NCBI GenBank assembly: GCA_051294905.1
Contig: CM119379.1
Location: forward strand, 23,560,001 to 23,624,000
Length of the DNA: 64,000 nt
DNA from: Botryllus schlosseri
Taxonomy: Eukaryota
Direction: 5' to 3'
In this document: piece by piece, positions 40,201 to 52,323 of the stretch
Position numbering within the stretch: the first letter of the stretch is position 1
Layout: the number at the start of each line of letters is the position of its first letter
The notes under the pieces: model-generated
What the model was told of the DNA's origin: nothing
The model's input: the letters and a program-made list of their open reading frames with translations, nothing else
Database searches by the model: none
Made by a program: the position numbers and the translations under genes

Positions 40201-41034
40201 AATACGCTTACGGAGTTGACTGGTTCGCCGTGGGCTGTACGATATACGAGATGTGTGAAGGTCGCGGGCCTTTCATAGTCCGAGACAAGGTAAGTGGAAT
40301 GCTTCGCTGTATCATCCACATCAGCACCTCAGTCGCTGTAAACACAGTCGAAGCGTAAAATTGACAAAGACTTGACCGCCGAAAAGACAAAAAATGACGA
40401 CGTGGCGTACAAACGGGAACATAAAGCAGAGTTATTACACTTGATAGGAGCCTTACTCGCGAAAGATGTTAACGAACGCTTAGCAGAGGACTTACCGTAA
40501 GTTCTGAGCATTCGAAATTTTCTTTTTAGCGACAGGATCGACAATATTTTCCACAGGTCTGCACGGCCGATCATGGATCACCCATATTTTGAAGAGATCA
40601 ATTGGGAAAGATTAGAAGCGGGGCTGATAGAGCCACCCTTCATTCCGAGCGATGACGAAGTCTACGCCAAAAATGCTTCCAACATAAAGTAACGAAATAG
40701 ATCACGTAAGCGCTTGCGGATTCAGCGCTGCGCATAAAATCTATCTCACACAGGTTACCAAGCGACGCCGAAGGAATCAAGCTCACAGACGAAGACGCAA
40801 AACTTTACGAAGAATTCTCCACGGGCAGGTAGACACAGTGTGGATTGTCAGATGCAGGAGAGAGTATTTTTCAAATATGTTTTTGACGATACTAGAAACC
40901 CTGCACCGTGGCAAGAAGAAATTATATCGTGCGGAGTTTATGATGAAATTATGGAACTCTATAAGAGCGGAGCTTGCCCCAAATTCGTTGTGAAAGACGA
41001 GGGAAGTAAATCAAAATTCTGCACCATACTATAA
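34250..41034 (+). CDS. GRK1/7: G protein-coupled receptor kinase, GRK1/GRK7 (opsin kinase)-like, 12 exons, ~595 aa, C-terminal CaaX (CTIL)
   Basis: join(34250-34355, 34927-35132, 36362-36497, 37046-37326, 38583-38698, 38759-38865, 39646-39846, 40150-40289, 40348-40496, 40557-40688, 40754-40828, 40896-41034), in phase; N-helix MDVANIEDIVANDLFIHAK, RH domain, LGRGGFGEV, YACKK, YRDMKPEN, DLG, GTLGYMPPE, PPFIP, PWQEE; no PH domain. Confidence 0.93.
37846..38429. mobile_element. Foldback element with 9-bp TSD (Mutator/Foldback-like) in GRK intron 4
   Basis: ~274-bp inverted arms (ATAGTGTCCTATATGGTGTCGACAC...), 36-nt spacer, GGTTACACC direct repeats at 37837-45 and 38430-38. Confidence 0.85.
39190..39285. 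repeat. Dispersed repeat (also ~58367-58470 and ~62996-63102)
   Basis: Shared ATCATGAGTCG(G/C)TG.AT..(G/C)CGCAAAA(A)CATCAAGGAC(A/C)AAA. Confidence 0.75.
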
Positions 41035-41542
41035 CAAATTGGTTGGTAAAAGATTGATGAAATCGAAGTCGTTTTCATCCAACCCGCATGTAAAATAATG
41101 ATCAGGAGCAGGATTAAGCGAACCGCTACATACGTCGATGATGAAGTTTCGTAACTGATTTTTAGCGAGTCAAAGATAAAACAGATGCGGCGTTGTTGCT
41201 GTTTTGGTATCCATATGGCGTTTCGACTGCATGCTCGGTATTCTAAGTAGTGAAGGATATCCTCAAACGTGTTGCTTCGGTTATGACTGTCTGTAAAGAC
41301 TGTCGAGCACGCCTGATTTTACCGTTCCTTTCGATTTGGCTGTAGACGTATAGATGAAGCAACCTCTTAAATACGTACCCTAATTACGAGCTCTTTTGCG
41401 TTCGGTGTGGCAAATGGGATGTATATTGTAAGTGGATTGTTTTTGGTATTTCGACTACATTAGTCATTTAATACCAGTTCAATAATATTTATTACAATTC
41501 CTCATTTGCCGACTTGTAGCATGGCCCACTTTCGTTCTAGGC

Positions 41543-42324
41543 CAGCGGTTCCCAACCTTTTTGTCTTAGCGGACCCCTTTTGAACCGTCACGGACCCCTT
41601 GGAGACCCAAAGTTTTAGAGCAAATCTAGCTCACCTATCGTGTAACCGTCATATGTCTTGTGCAAATATTAAATGTAGGCTAGTGATAAACAGCAACAAA
41701 ATGTCTTTTCTTCAAAATAACATCATACTATTTATGTAGAAATTGAGAAGACTTTTATTTGAAAGCGATTTTTGTAGCAGTGTAGCTGCATTTCTTGAAA
41801 TACGTGATTGTGTCTCGAAAATCCGCATCGTCGATTTGATACGAACGAGTGCCGAAAATCCATGTCCGCCAATGTATGTGATGGCGAATATAAAAATAAC
41901 GCGTAGCGCTTCCGACGAGACATTTGGGTATGAACGCAACATATATGGCACCAAAATTGATAAACATATTTTGTAATGAACATACAACATCCATGCAGCC
42001 TAATCGTTTCTATCAAGCAGCTCATCTTTATAAGTCATTCAGGAATATTGGTTATGTATAGCACAGGAGAAAATGGGTTTTGCAAACATTTCGAAGTCAC
42101 CCTGATTGACCTGCACAACTGCGACTTCTATATTTTACCACAAACCCCAACAAAATGTCCATTCTGTCGATGTGAGTCCTGCAGTTTTAGCAGCGATGAA
42201 GTGAAACTGCCTCATGATTTCCATAATTTAAAGAAATACAAATTAGGTCATTAACCATTTTGCAAATTTAGAGGCTTCTCGGACCCCTGAAAATGCTTCG
42301 CGGACCCTCAGTTGAGAACTGCTG
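41543..42324 (-). mobile_element. Internally deleted Buster/Charlie-type hAT retaining an hATC dimerisation-domain remnant
   Basis: TIR CAGCGGTTCCCAAC/GTTGAGAACTGCTG; exact TSD TTCTAGGC; minus strand ~41932-41823 reads YPNVSSEALRVIFIFAITYIGGHGFSALVRIKSTMR, resembling the hATC motif YP.LS..AL..L..F.STY.CE.GFS.L..IK. Confidence 0.85.
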
Positions 42325-43019
42325 TTCTAGGCCTTTCAAGACACTGCATACGCGAATCACTTTACCAAATGCAAGTGTAGGCAATGCAAACACAACTTGA
42401 GTAATCGGAAAATATATTTCTATATGGATATTTTAGTTTGTTCATATGTAAGACTTTGCTACTGATGCGTATATATTTATGTATTCTTTGTATTTGATAT
42501 CTATAGATTATATATATAGCATGAGAGATCGATATAGTATGCACGTGAAAAGAAATGTTTGTATCAAATGTCAAATGAATCGATGAATATAGTAATCTAT
42601 TTTTCATATAGCAGCGTAAGTTCAATGCATTCCGCTGTCTTAAACAGATCATAGTTCAAGTTGCGGCTTCTCACACAATATCAGTTGCCATAACAGCAGG
42701 GATTGTTGTGGTGCGGATCAGAATTTGCAACACAAATCAGATGTAAGACCCATTCCAACCCATTTATGTTCTCAGTGAGGCTTGTACCGAAGCGGTGCGC
42801 AGAGCCATGATCGGCCACTTGTTCCCAGCCTTCAAAAAGGTCATCGCATGGTGGCAGGGAATTTGCCATAGCGCAGCCTGTACAGTGTACACTGTTCCCC
42901 GCTACTTATCATCTACATTGGGTCTACTGTTTAGTACGTTACCTTATTTCGAAAAATTTATACACCGTAATTCATGTTAGAATCAGTCAATATGGTCAGG
43001 AATTGCATATATTTTGCTA

Positions 43020-44149
43020 TCAATTTTTTTTATCCCCTCTCTATGCTCACGTAATCAGATTTTCCGGTAGAGCTGAGTGAGATGTGTTGGAAAAGGTAGG
43101 ACCCCTAAATAAGAATTAAACATCTTCGGGCGGACCCGTTGGTATATTGACTTGATTACATTATGCTATTTCGTGACCTCCTGTATCTGCTATGTCAAAA
43201 GATATGGATATCGCCCAAACTAAAAAGCACACACGATTTCAAATTGGCATTGCTTTGCTGGCAAACAATTTTTCCCTACGGGATGGCATTTTTCCTGTGG
43301 GGTTCAGATGGCCAGGATAGGAACATTCAGCCGCCTATGGACAATTAAACATATATGTATATTGTATAATGTATATATATCGAAGTTTTCGGTCACCACA
43401 AGGGCATTCCTTCTCGGCAAAGGTCTTCTCGCTGTTGATCGTTATGGCACACTTCTCGGAGTCGCACGTTGCATGGCCTATAACTTCATATGTCGTGGTG
43501 CGTCGTGGTGCATTAATGGCCGACGCCGAAGTCTTCATTTCTATAAATTCTACGTATTTTCGTGGGGTAAGGGTACCCAATAATCAAGATATCCGGCAAT
43601 ATTAAATCGCGCACACCACGCGAAAAAAATGTGAAAAGGTGGGATTAAAAATACTCTATAATTTATGTAAATTCACGAAATAACTTTGGGCCCTTTCGAG
43701 CTCGCCCCCAATTGGGGTGGTTGGGTGCGGCAGTAACGGCCCTGTTCCCCACTACCCAGCACTTCCGTCATCACAGAGCAGCTATTGGCTGGTTTGACTA
43801 CACAAGACAAACAACCACACCAGTATATGGCAGTATGCAAGACAATCGCCTATAACTTCAACATAAAACGTATTGTGAACCAATACCAGTAACGCTCAAA
43901 ATTTGGCGAAAGCGTTATTCCACGTCAATTCCACGTGCTGGGTGCGATTGTGTCGCCAGAGTTAAAAATGAGGTTTCGTGAATAACACGCAATATAATTT
44001 TCGATACATACATTCCACAGCGGTTAACAGGTAACGGTAATTGCGCCTGTGTCTCCGTGAATATGTAGACTATCCTGTATATAATTCTGAACAAATGCGT
44101 CTATTCCCCACCAGAAACCATTGAATTCCCCACCGTTTGGGAACCACTG
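43020..44149. mobile_element. Truncated inverted copy of the 22178-23431 hAT element
   Basis: Long stretches match the reverse complement of 22178-23110; ends GGGAACCACTG at 44149; carries ~190 bp absent from the other copy. Confidence 0.85.
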
Positions 44150-44790
44150 CCACAGCGTGAATGCGCTCTGTCATAGAAAGTTCACTTTTGAGGATATTAT
44201 CTCGTTTTATTTATATGGAATCATATTATACCGGTTCTGAAGCCGACGCAGTTCAGTAGATAAGTTGTCAAATTTCACCCAGTTCTATTCTAGTTGTTAC
44301 ATGTTCGCATGATACATACCAAAAACAACCGGTTTTCATTCCACATATTGATCGCTGTCCGACAGCATAGACTCCAAGTCGTTTCGAGATGTTTCTATCT
44401 TTTCATTATATCGCAATCGCGATGGCTTTGAAAGGACAAAATTATTAATGGGCCCAATAAGCTGATTCCTATCCGAAGCATGTAGGGACGGCTCAAGTTG
44501 ATCGCGGATTCGATATTTCATCCCGAAAAAATACCCAAGGGATTAATAGAAAACTAGGTCATCAATGCCCACCTGGCTGCCAAATCCAGAGTAATTGGAC
44601 TAGTAATTACTTGGTGTTCAAATATCTAGTAAAATGAAAAGATCAGTATTCCCGTGGCTAAAGTGACGCCTATTTCAGTCGCTGACAAATATAAAATGAC
44701 CAGCACCTTTGCTAGCGTCACCGTAGACTCCAGTGCACCCCATGCTTACTTCGGGGCCGTGCATCGTGCGGTTGAAGAGCACTGGCCTAG

Positions 44791-45240
44791 CAGAGATGAG
44801 CATGAGCATGGATTAGGATTTGAAAAAGCAGGATTTGTGAAATTTTGTCGGATTTGGATTGGATCAGGATTAGAGATTTTTTACTGAACGGATTAGGATT
44901 GGATTTACCATTTTCTGGGACATTAATATGTCGTGTGGCGACAAACTTTATTCGGATCAGTTATTGATGAACTTATAGTACACTACACTATGGTTCACTC
45001 GGTGCAAATGAACATGAGAGGTGCAGCCCTATGCTAGGTTATCTTAAATCAAGAGAATCGTTGGTTGTGAAAGAAAATTTTCCAATCCCTCCCTTGCATT
45101 TAGTCTAAATTTCAAGTTGGAATCGGATCAGAATTGGACATGGACTTGAATATGAAAAAAGTTATGGATCAGGTTTTGGATTTGAAGTTTCGGATTTGCA
45201 TTGGACTAGGACATAGAAATTCCAAATCCGCTCATCTCTG
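44791..45240. mobile_element. hAT MITE (GGATT-rich)
   Basis: TIR CAGAGATGAGC/GCTCATCTCTG; TSD TGGCCTAG/TGGACTAG. Confidence 0.8.
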
Positions 45241-45509
45241 TGGACTAGTACATACGTGCCCGTGTCCTAACAGCACATCCCACGACATCATCGTATTAGC
45301 ATTCTTTTATACACGGCGCACCTCATTGAGCCAGGAAAACAAGAATCGAACACCCCGTGCAATAAAAATGTATCAATTCAAAAACGATCCATAACTCGTG
45401 GATCGAATATAATCAGCATGGCGGCAGTGGAAATTCAAAACATTGCCTAAATACTTTTCCAAGTCATAGTAACAGCAAGAATATAAGCTCTGAAATCATG
45501 GTAAACGCG

Positions 45510-48500
45510 TCATTGCGTGGCAGGTTCGCTGTCCGACTGGTCCAGATCTTTCCCGGACTGGCTGTCACGGTCGCCATCGTCGCCGTCAGCAGCTTCGGCA
45601 CCGGTGTCGTCGTCTTTTCCCGATGACTTCGCGGCGTCGCAATCGCCCTCTTCCGCAGAATCTGTTCAGAGATAGCGGTGCAAACTTGTACGAAAAAGTC
45701 TCGGGAACACACATCTCACGAACAATTAGCGGCGAGACAGCTCATCTCATACACAACACGAGGCCGACTCCAGCCTGAATTCTGGCTTAAGTGTTGGAGG
45801 TTTATCTAGGATCCTCCTCGCCACGTGATCCGCGCGAGCAGTGTCTTATGTAAAGCCTAGAAGTGGGCCGTGCTACAAGTCGCTGAATACGGAATAAAAA
45901 TAAAGAATACCGGCCTGGTGTAAAATAACTAATGTAGTCGAGACACCATGAATATCAAACAAACCAACAGACACCAAAACAGGACTATAACTTTCACGCT
46001 CGCAATCTCAAAGTCCCGTCAGAGGTTAGGTGAGAACGTTTTGCCAGTGTTGGGATGATGACTCGACATATACGAAACGTATAACGACTCGTGACTCAAG
46101 AGACATATTTTCAAGTCATCAAACATTATACTTTTGCAAAGCATTCGGAACCTCTCCCAGCACTACGGATTAAATTATTTATAGCAATGGGTCGTAAATT
46201 AGGTTCTTTCCAATTCTCTGCTAGTTGCTGACGATTACCCCTGACGAGTGTCAGCCGAAAGTTACGGGTTCATTGCAATTTGAATATACTATTTTATTGC
46301 ATATTGAAGTTGTGTACCTCCAAGAAGCTCTTCAAGTATATATACATCACAATCTTCCGGTTTTGAGTGAAATTATTGTTGTAATATTTTTGTTTTTCAA
46401 ATCTGTTGTTGATGCACAGTTGACTTTGTGCACCAGTTTTCTATAGTAATGTTTGAGATGTGTAATGAGGTTGATTTACGTCTTTGTGAGTAGAAGAAAA
46501 TTCGGGGTTCACCGATTGTAGATTAGAATAAGAATACAGGTTCGCCGGGTTAGTGAAGATTAAAAACTAACGAGCTAAACGTATGCGACCCTTCGACCAA
46601 ATCTACTTTACGAAAGTACTTACTCGAGTAATTTGCGGACATTCACTCCATACTCCTGTTTAATTCCAATGGAGGAAGTTTTTGCGTGTCACAGAAATCA
46701 ACATTTCTACTTGTAACCGAGTAGATATTCACGGCATTACTTCTACTTTTGCTGACCACTTTGACCATCTCTGTCACCACCTTCGAGTCACGAGTCACAC
46801 CGAGTCGATGCACATGCACACTCGCGTCAAGTCACGAAATCATTCCGTATTTTCGAAGTACGAAGCATGATTCAACTCGTTGCATTTTGCAAGATGATTA
46901 AAGTACAGATTGAGTCGCTATTAATTACCAAACTAACGGGGCATTGTATGGCTCGAATATCAATCAATCCACATTTTGAAACGCCGAGTCAAGACAACTA
47001 AAAAAGCTGACTCGAGTCTCAATCGAGTCATCCCAACACTGGCTGAGAACAGTCGAAAGACCACCAAAAACCGTCATATTCAACCCTCACCTTCACCCGA
47101 GTCGTCGTCCTCATTATCATCGTCATTCTTTTCTGGGCCCCTATACTCGTACGAATATAGCGGTTTGAACGATTCAAAAAAGCCCACGTCTTCGAGAAGG
47201 TTAGGCAGCAACCACAGATGATGTTGGCCGAGCGTCACTGCCCACAGGACCCCAAACAAAATAGTCCGTACTGCGAAACAAAAACCAGGCTTGTGACCTG
47301 TGACAAAAAACAAGCTGCCCAACACGCGTACTCACAAAGAGCCACCACAAACACGGAGCCGATAAACACCCCGGCAGTGACGGAAAGATAATAAACCCCG
47401 ACGCGGACCTGGTCCGGCCACAACGGGAATAGAGTGCCCCCGGCGACGAGCAATAATAATCCAATCCCTGTGCAAAAACACGAGCGGACAGCGTTAAAAG
47501 AGAGCAAGAACTAACGACATTATGTCAGAAAGCAACCTTTAGCGATGGTCTTCCAGCTCACTGGATTGTAAACCCACACGTAAAGGTCCTTAGAGTCGAG
47601 AAAGAGTTGCTCTTCATGATAGGCGATTTTGTAGCGCTTTTTCGTTTTTTCCTTCCCTTTCTGTAACAGGTGGTGATTTAAGTTTTGACAATTGAAGAAG
47701 GCAATTCGATTAGTGATAACTAGGGCAAGTTTTTGTTGCACTAAAAACCTGAGAGAGTTGCATTTATTTTTTTAATTTTAGCAAAAGTTGCAGAAGTTGC
47801 ACTTATACAATTTTTTGAAATCATGAGGGTATGTGATACTCGAAAGGTTCCAGCAGTTTAAAATTTGCATGGTGTCTGCTTGTTCCGTTTCTTCCTTCGC
47901 TATTCAATCGATCATGGTTACATTTTTATTTACATAGGGTTCGCACAATTTACCAGTTAGTTCAGGGAGTTTCATGACTAACGGAATAGTGGGTATGCCG
48001 CATACCCGAAAAAATTGCTAGGTAAACACGGCATACCCAGTATACCTGCGTCCGGCCCCTATGGTGGGCCGCATTGCCACTTGAAATCCATTAATTTAGT
48101 CTTTATTATAGTTTTATAGCATATTTTGCGCAATACTTGATAAAATTTGCAGAAAAAAGTTGCATGAAAAATATAGATAAAAGTTGCAACATAAAACTCC
48201 TCCAAACAGATTAAAACACCATACTACATACATTATGAGTATTTACGAAGCTTCCAGAAGCTGTAAAAAAAGTTGCAAAAACTTGCCCTAGTGATAACCT
48301 AATCTGAACTGTAAATAATGTATTAGCGAAGTAGATTCACTTTGAAAATTAGTTCGGTGACTCGACCTGGGGTGTTTACTCGAAAATTTTTGAAATGACT
48401 TGACGCGATTCAAAATCTGCTGCGACTCGAAAAGCTGACCACAAAGGCATGATGATGATGCATTAGTGAAATATTACGATCCGATAATTGTATGCAACAT

Positions 48501-51500
48501 TAGTAGCAACATTTCCATTCGGGGCCGCCGATGCACCATCAGATCGCAAATCTGCGCACTTGCAAAATGGGCGCTGTTAGATAATATGAATGTGCATTGT
48601 GCTTGTGTAAACCAGTTGCCAATGCAGCATTATTGTGAACAACTGTGCAATAGGGTTGTCCAAAATTTGAAAAATCTCAAAAATGATCCGTGATAGTGTC
48701 TCATTCTATAGATTATATTGATAAAAAACAACAATGAGCCTGAAAGAAGCTCACAGGAAAGCCGTTAATGTTTCGATCAAAGCGTTTAAAAGTAGCTGCC
48801 CAAGAATGGGTGTGCCACCGACCATAGAACGGCGAGAAGACTAGTAATCACATAACCAGGGTTAATCGGCTACGCTTTAATGATCACGACAGCAGCAGCT
48901 TGCTGATTAGGTGGTCAAGGAGTCTGCTACCGGCGGGAATTCTGAAAGCACATTGTTTGTCCGTTGGCAGATGATGATTTAAGATTAATTCAGGACGTGT
49001 TGAGGTACGAAATACATGATGAACCAACAACAGCTGCTTCAAAAAAACTTCTACAGCATGACCGCCTTATTTGTGAAGGAAACGGCTGTAGCCTACATGC
49101 CGTGTTTTCATCGTGGGAAAGCTAAGGCACTTATACAAGTGGCTTAACGAATTCCTCGTTTCAAAAGGGATCCATCATCATTGAATACAAATATATAGCT
49201 CGACTATGACACTATACTTTGTGTGATCTTATTGGACCCTAGTTGTAGAATATAGTTGAAGTTTTGAATGCTACTGTGCAATGCACTAAACTTCTTTTAC
49301 TTGGGGATAAGAGGGGTAGGGTGGCTTTTGGAACCTAGTTCGCTGCCCAGGGGCGCTCAGTGTAAAATGTTCGGGAAACACTGGTGTAAACAAACAATGA
49401 ATATGAATGGGAATTGTGATATTATTAGAGAATTGTTGGGAAGAGAATGCAGCACACCTTGTCATCTTCCTTCTCATTTTTCTTTCCCGCCGATTTCTTG
49501 CTCTTTTCCTTCTTCTCTTTTGCTCCCTTTTTCGATTCCGCTTCGTCTGTACCTTTCTCTTCTTCGTTCTCTGCGTCGCTGCCTTTGGGCTTTTTTCGCT
49601 TTTTCAAATTGGCCTTGTCCTCGTTTTGAGACTGCTTGTCGGATTCTTTGTTGTCGCCGGAGTCGTCTTTCTTCTTCTTCTCGTACTCGGTCTTCATGAC
49701 TCGGTAAAAGAAGCGCTTCTGTAGTAACCTGACGTATCGAAACCATAGTTAAACTTACACAAAAACATTCGCCACTAAGCACAAACTTTCGGAAAAATTT
49801 GCAATTTCAAAATTTGGAAAATAAAGGTTTGACTCGTTTGCAGAAGTAGTCAGCATTACCAGGTCTGCTACATGTAGAAGCAGTTGTAGCACCCTAAATT
49901 ACAATTCAATTCGAAGTAGTAATTTCGAAGACCTGTCAAAACTACTTCAAGTGTAAATGAATATCTGAAAGTACTCAGGAGACTCATGGAGGTACAGAAC
50001 TTCAATATACAATTGAACAATATCTTCATATTGAAATATATCAGAATATTTTGGCCGACCCTCGACAGGGGTGATTGGCAGGGTGAGCAACTAGTAGAGA
50101 TTTCAAGAGAGCTTTGTAGTAAGCAGTTTTAAAAAGTAGTTTTGATTGGGGTCGCATACTTATAGCAGTTAGAGTTGGCTACTTCAGAAATTGTGCGCAC
50201 CTTTGCGACTGGGGCATATCAACAATTGATAGCCTACTACAAATTGCTGAGATTTACAAAAATTATATTCAGTTATGATAGCGGTCCATTTCGCGGACTC
50301 TTTATGACAATTTCATTCAAACATCTCTGAACTGCTATTGTCTACAGGACAAAATCTAAAATGTAGAAAAACTTTGTTATTGACCGCGTAGCTGACAATT
50401 CGTCGACGAATGCAAGAAGAAGCAGCTTTCAAATTTGGGGTAGAAGGATATTTAATACAAAAAAACCGCACTCACTCATCAAGAAATGTTGCTGCGTCCT
50501 CCCGGCCGACAAAATATTGATCTCTTCCCTTTTTTCGAACAGCCCAATCGGAGGCCATCAAGACATCGACTGCTTTCGATCCTAAAATGCAAGCTTGATT
50601 CAATATAGGGATCAGCTCATTCCGAATCTCAGCTCGGTAAAAAATTTAGTTCCTGAAAAGCATTTTCAGTCGATTTTTATTGCAATTAGCAACGGCTTCA
50701 GAGCACTGATACAATGCATGAGTTGGATAGAATGAGGCATCAAGGCAGCTCAAATCAACAAGGGCGCAGTAGCGTTCACATTAATGGGGTTAAAGCAGGG
50801 GTCCCAAACTCAAATTCGCTCGCGGGCCAATTTCCTACGTTTTTATGATGGCCTCAGGATCAATAATAGGGGTATTCAACGTCTTTCCAAGTAGCCAAGT
50901 AGGCCGTATTTGACGGGACCTTGCAGAATAACATTCCACACCCATCGTGAAAATTTGATTTACAATGTAGCAATTCACTATAGCCGCAACAAAGATTACT
51001 TTTTTAAATATTTGAATAAAATCATCGTTGAAGCCTACTAGCTTTCGAAGCGGGGCGTGTTTTTGAGACTCTAGGATTAAAGAGTAGGCTATGTCTATCG
51101 AACATACAAGGTTAGAAGTATAAGAGTATTATAAGGTTGCGGATGCAATTGAACAAAAGTAAGTTGATATTAGTAATCCCGCTAAGAAAAATGATTGTAA
51201 GAACAATGAGCTACCTTATATAAATCTGTGAAAATGTAATATATGAATACGAAAGAATTCTATTATTCATTGACGACAACCACATTATATCATTGCGATG
51301 AGAAAAAGGGATGGGGAAGTTACTATACTATAAAATAGGTATAAATAAACAAAGCACTAACAACACTATTTTGTAGGCTACATACCTACGAAATACTCGA
51401 CTGGTTGCTTTTGCAGCACGGTATTTTTTCGAGGAACATTGAATCTCAGATACTTTGCTATTTCTATATCGAGCTTGGACCTCTCCAATTCTGGCTTCTG

Positions 51501-52323
51501 TAAAATGTATAAATCAACAATAGCGTTGGTTGCAAAACATTTCTATATTCAAAGAAGTCTGCTAAGATGGAAGGCTGTAAACTAGGTATTGGGACGTTGT
51601 CCAGACATAAACATTGCAAAAGGAAAGATATTCATGGAAGATTCGCTGTGGTCTCATACCATATTTTGTTTATTAGGATATTAGTAGTCAACCACAGGCC
51701 TGATTGGAATCGCTGGCCTTTTTGCCTGATATACCAGGTGAGCAGCCATGAATTTCCAAGTTCAAGTAATTTAATAAAAAATAATTAAAAAATAAAACAT
51801 AGTGTGAGCACAGGACACCAAATCCATACAGGAGTGCAGGACCACAGGAACCAGAGTGGGTTCAGGGAATATTCAAAATAGCAAAATATACTGCATTCAC
51901 AAATTCCATTGAAAATGGCAGCATAAGTCACCTTGGCAAAATCTGTAACACCTTGCTTCAAGTCATCCTCCTCGGATTTGGTCTCCAATTTTTTCTCAGG
52001 TAAAGCAAACAGTGATGCCATCTAACTGTCAATTACCGTACTACAGATATAATAACGACCTATATCCAATCTATGATCTTAAATATGCCACGTGTCCTCG
52101 TATAGCTTCATTAACAGCAGATATTTGACACGCGTCTATTGCAAAATTGACGCAGAGCTAACAGGAAGGAAGTAATTCAATGGGACATATGGTTGGTTTA
52201 CAGAAAGAATATATAGCAGAGAATATATAAAAGCAGGGAGTATAAGTTTCACGTCCAATTTGTTAGTTTCAAACTCACTTTGGAACGATGCCGTTTTCTG
52301 TTTCTCCTCGCAGCACGGTCCAT
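45510..52323 (-). CDS. SEC62: Translocation protein SEC62, 8 exons, ~373 aa
   Basis: complement join(52323-52279, 51497-51386, 50581-50476, 49728-49458, 47660-47537, 47467-47336, 47270-47091, 45661-45510), in phase; motifs IAKYLRFN, YFVGSKAVDVL, LYVWVYNP, TLFPLWPDQVRVGVYYLSV, HHLWLLPNLLEDVGFFESFKPLYSYEY. Confidence 0.95.
46045..47041. mobile_element. GACTCGAGTC-rich MITE in the last SEC62 intron, containing a nested hammerhead-bearing repeat
   Basis: TIR CAGTGTTGGGATGA/TCATCCCAACACTG. Confidence 0.75.
46227..46269 (+). ncRNA. Type I hammerhead ribozyme motif, copy A (probably inactivated at the cleavage triplet)
   Basis: GCTGACG-ATT-ACCC-CTGACGA-G-TGTCAGC-C-GAAA-GTTAC-GGGT; core intact but no U16.1 before the stem I 3' strand. 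Confidence 0.6.
47721..48290. mobile_element. hAT MITE 60 nt from the SEC62 exon 5 acceptor
   Basis: TIR TAGGGCAAGTTTTTG/CAAAAACTTGCCCTA; exact TSD GTGATAAC. Confidence 0.9.
48967..49058 (+). pseudogene. Possible decayed DNA-transposase fragment (hAT-related)
   Basis: ADDDLRLIQDVLRYEIHDEPTTAASKKLLQH resembles a recalled transposase motif DL.L...L..Y......A.AA.KKL..H; flanked by stops. Confidence 0.3.
49984..50100 (-). repeat. Degenerate copy C of the hammerhead-bearing repeat (SEC62 intron 3)
   Basis: Minus strand CTCTACTAGTTGCT...ATCACCC-CTGTCGA-G-GGTCGGC-C-AAAA-TATTC...TTCAATATGAA...TTGTATATTGAAGTTCTGTACCTCCA; core mutated. Confidence 0.65.

Noticed and set aside
45464-45712. Track ORF ending NDAFTMIS, reminiscent of the SEC62 C-terminal LIR region
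   Set aside because: Splice phase selects the acidic frame ending ...SEPATQ* at 45510; the resemblance is probably coincidental, though an indel error could be checked in reads
49268-49782. Several long overlapping ORFs (e.g. 143 aa, + strand)
   Set aside because: Antisense or alternative-frame shadows of the low-complexity Lys/Glu-rich SEC62 exon 4
51785-52021. 78-aa ORF nested in SEC62 intron 1 on the same strand
   Set aside because: No recognisable homology and not needed for the SEC62 reading frame; length is within chance range
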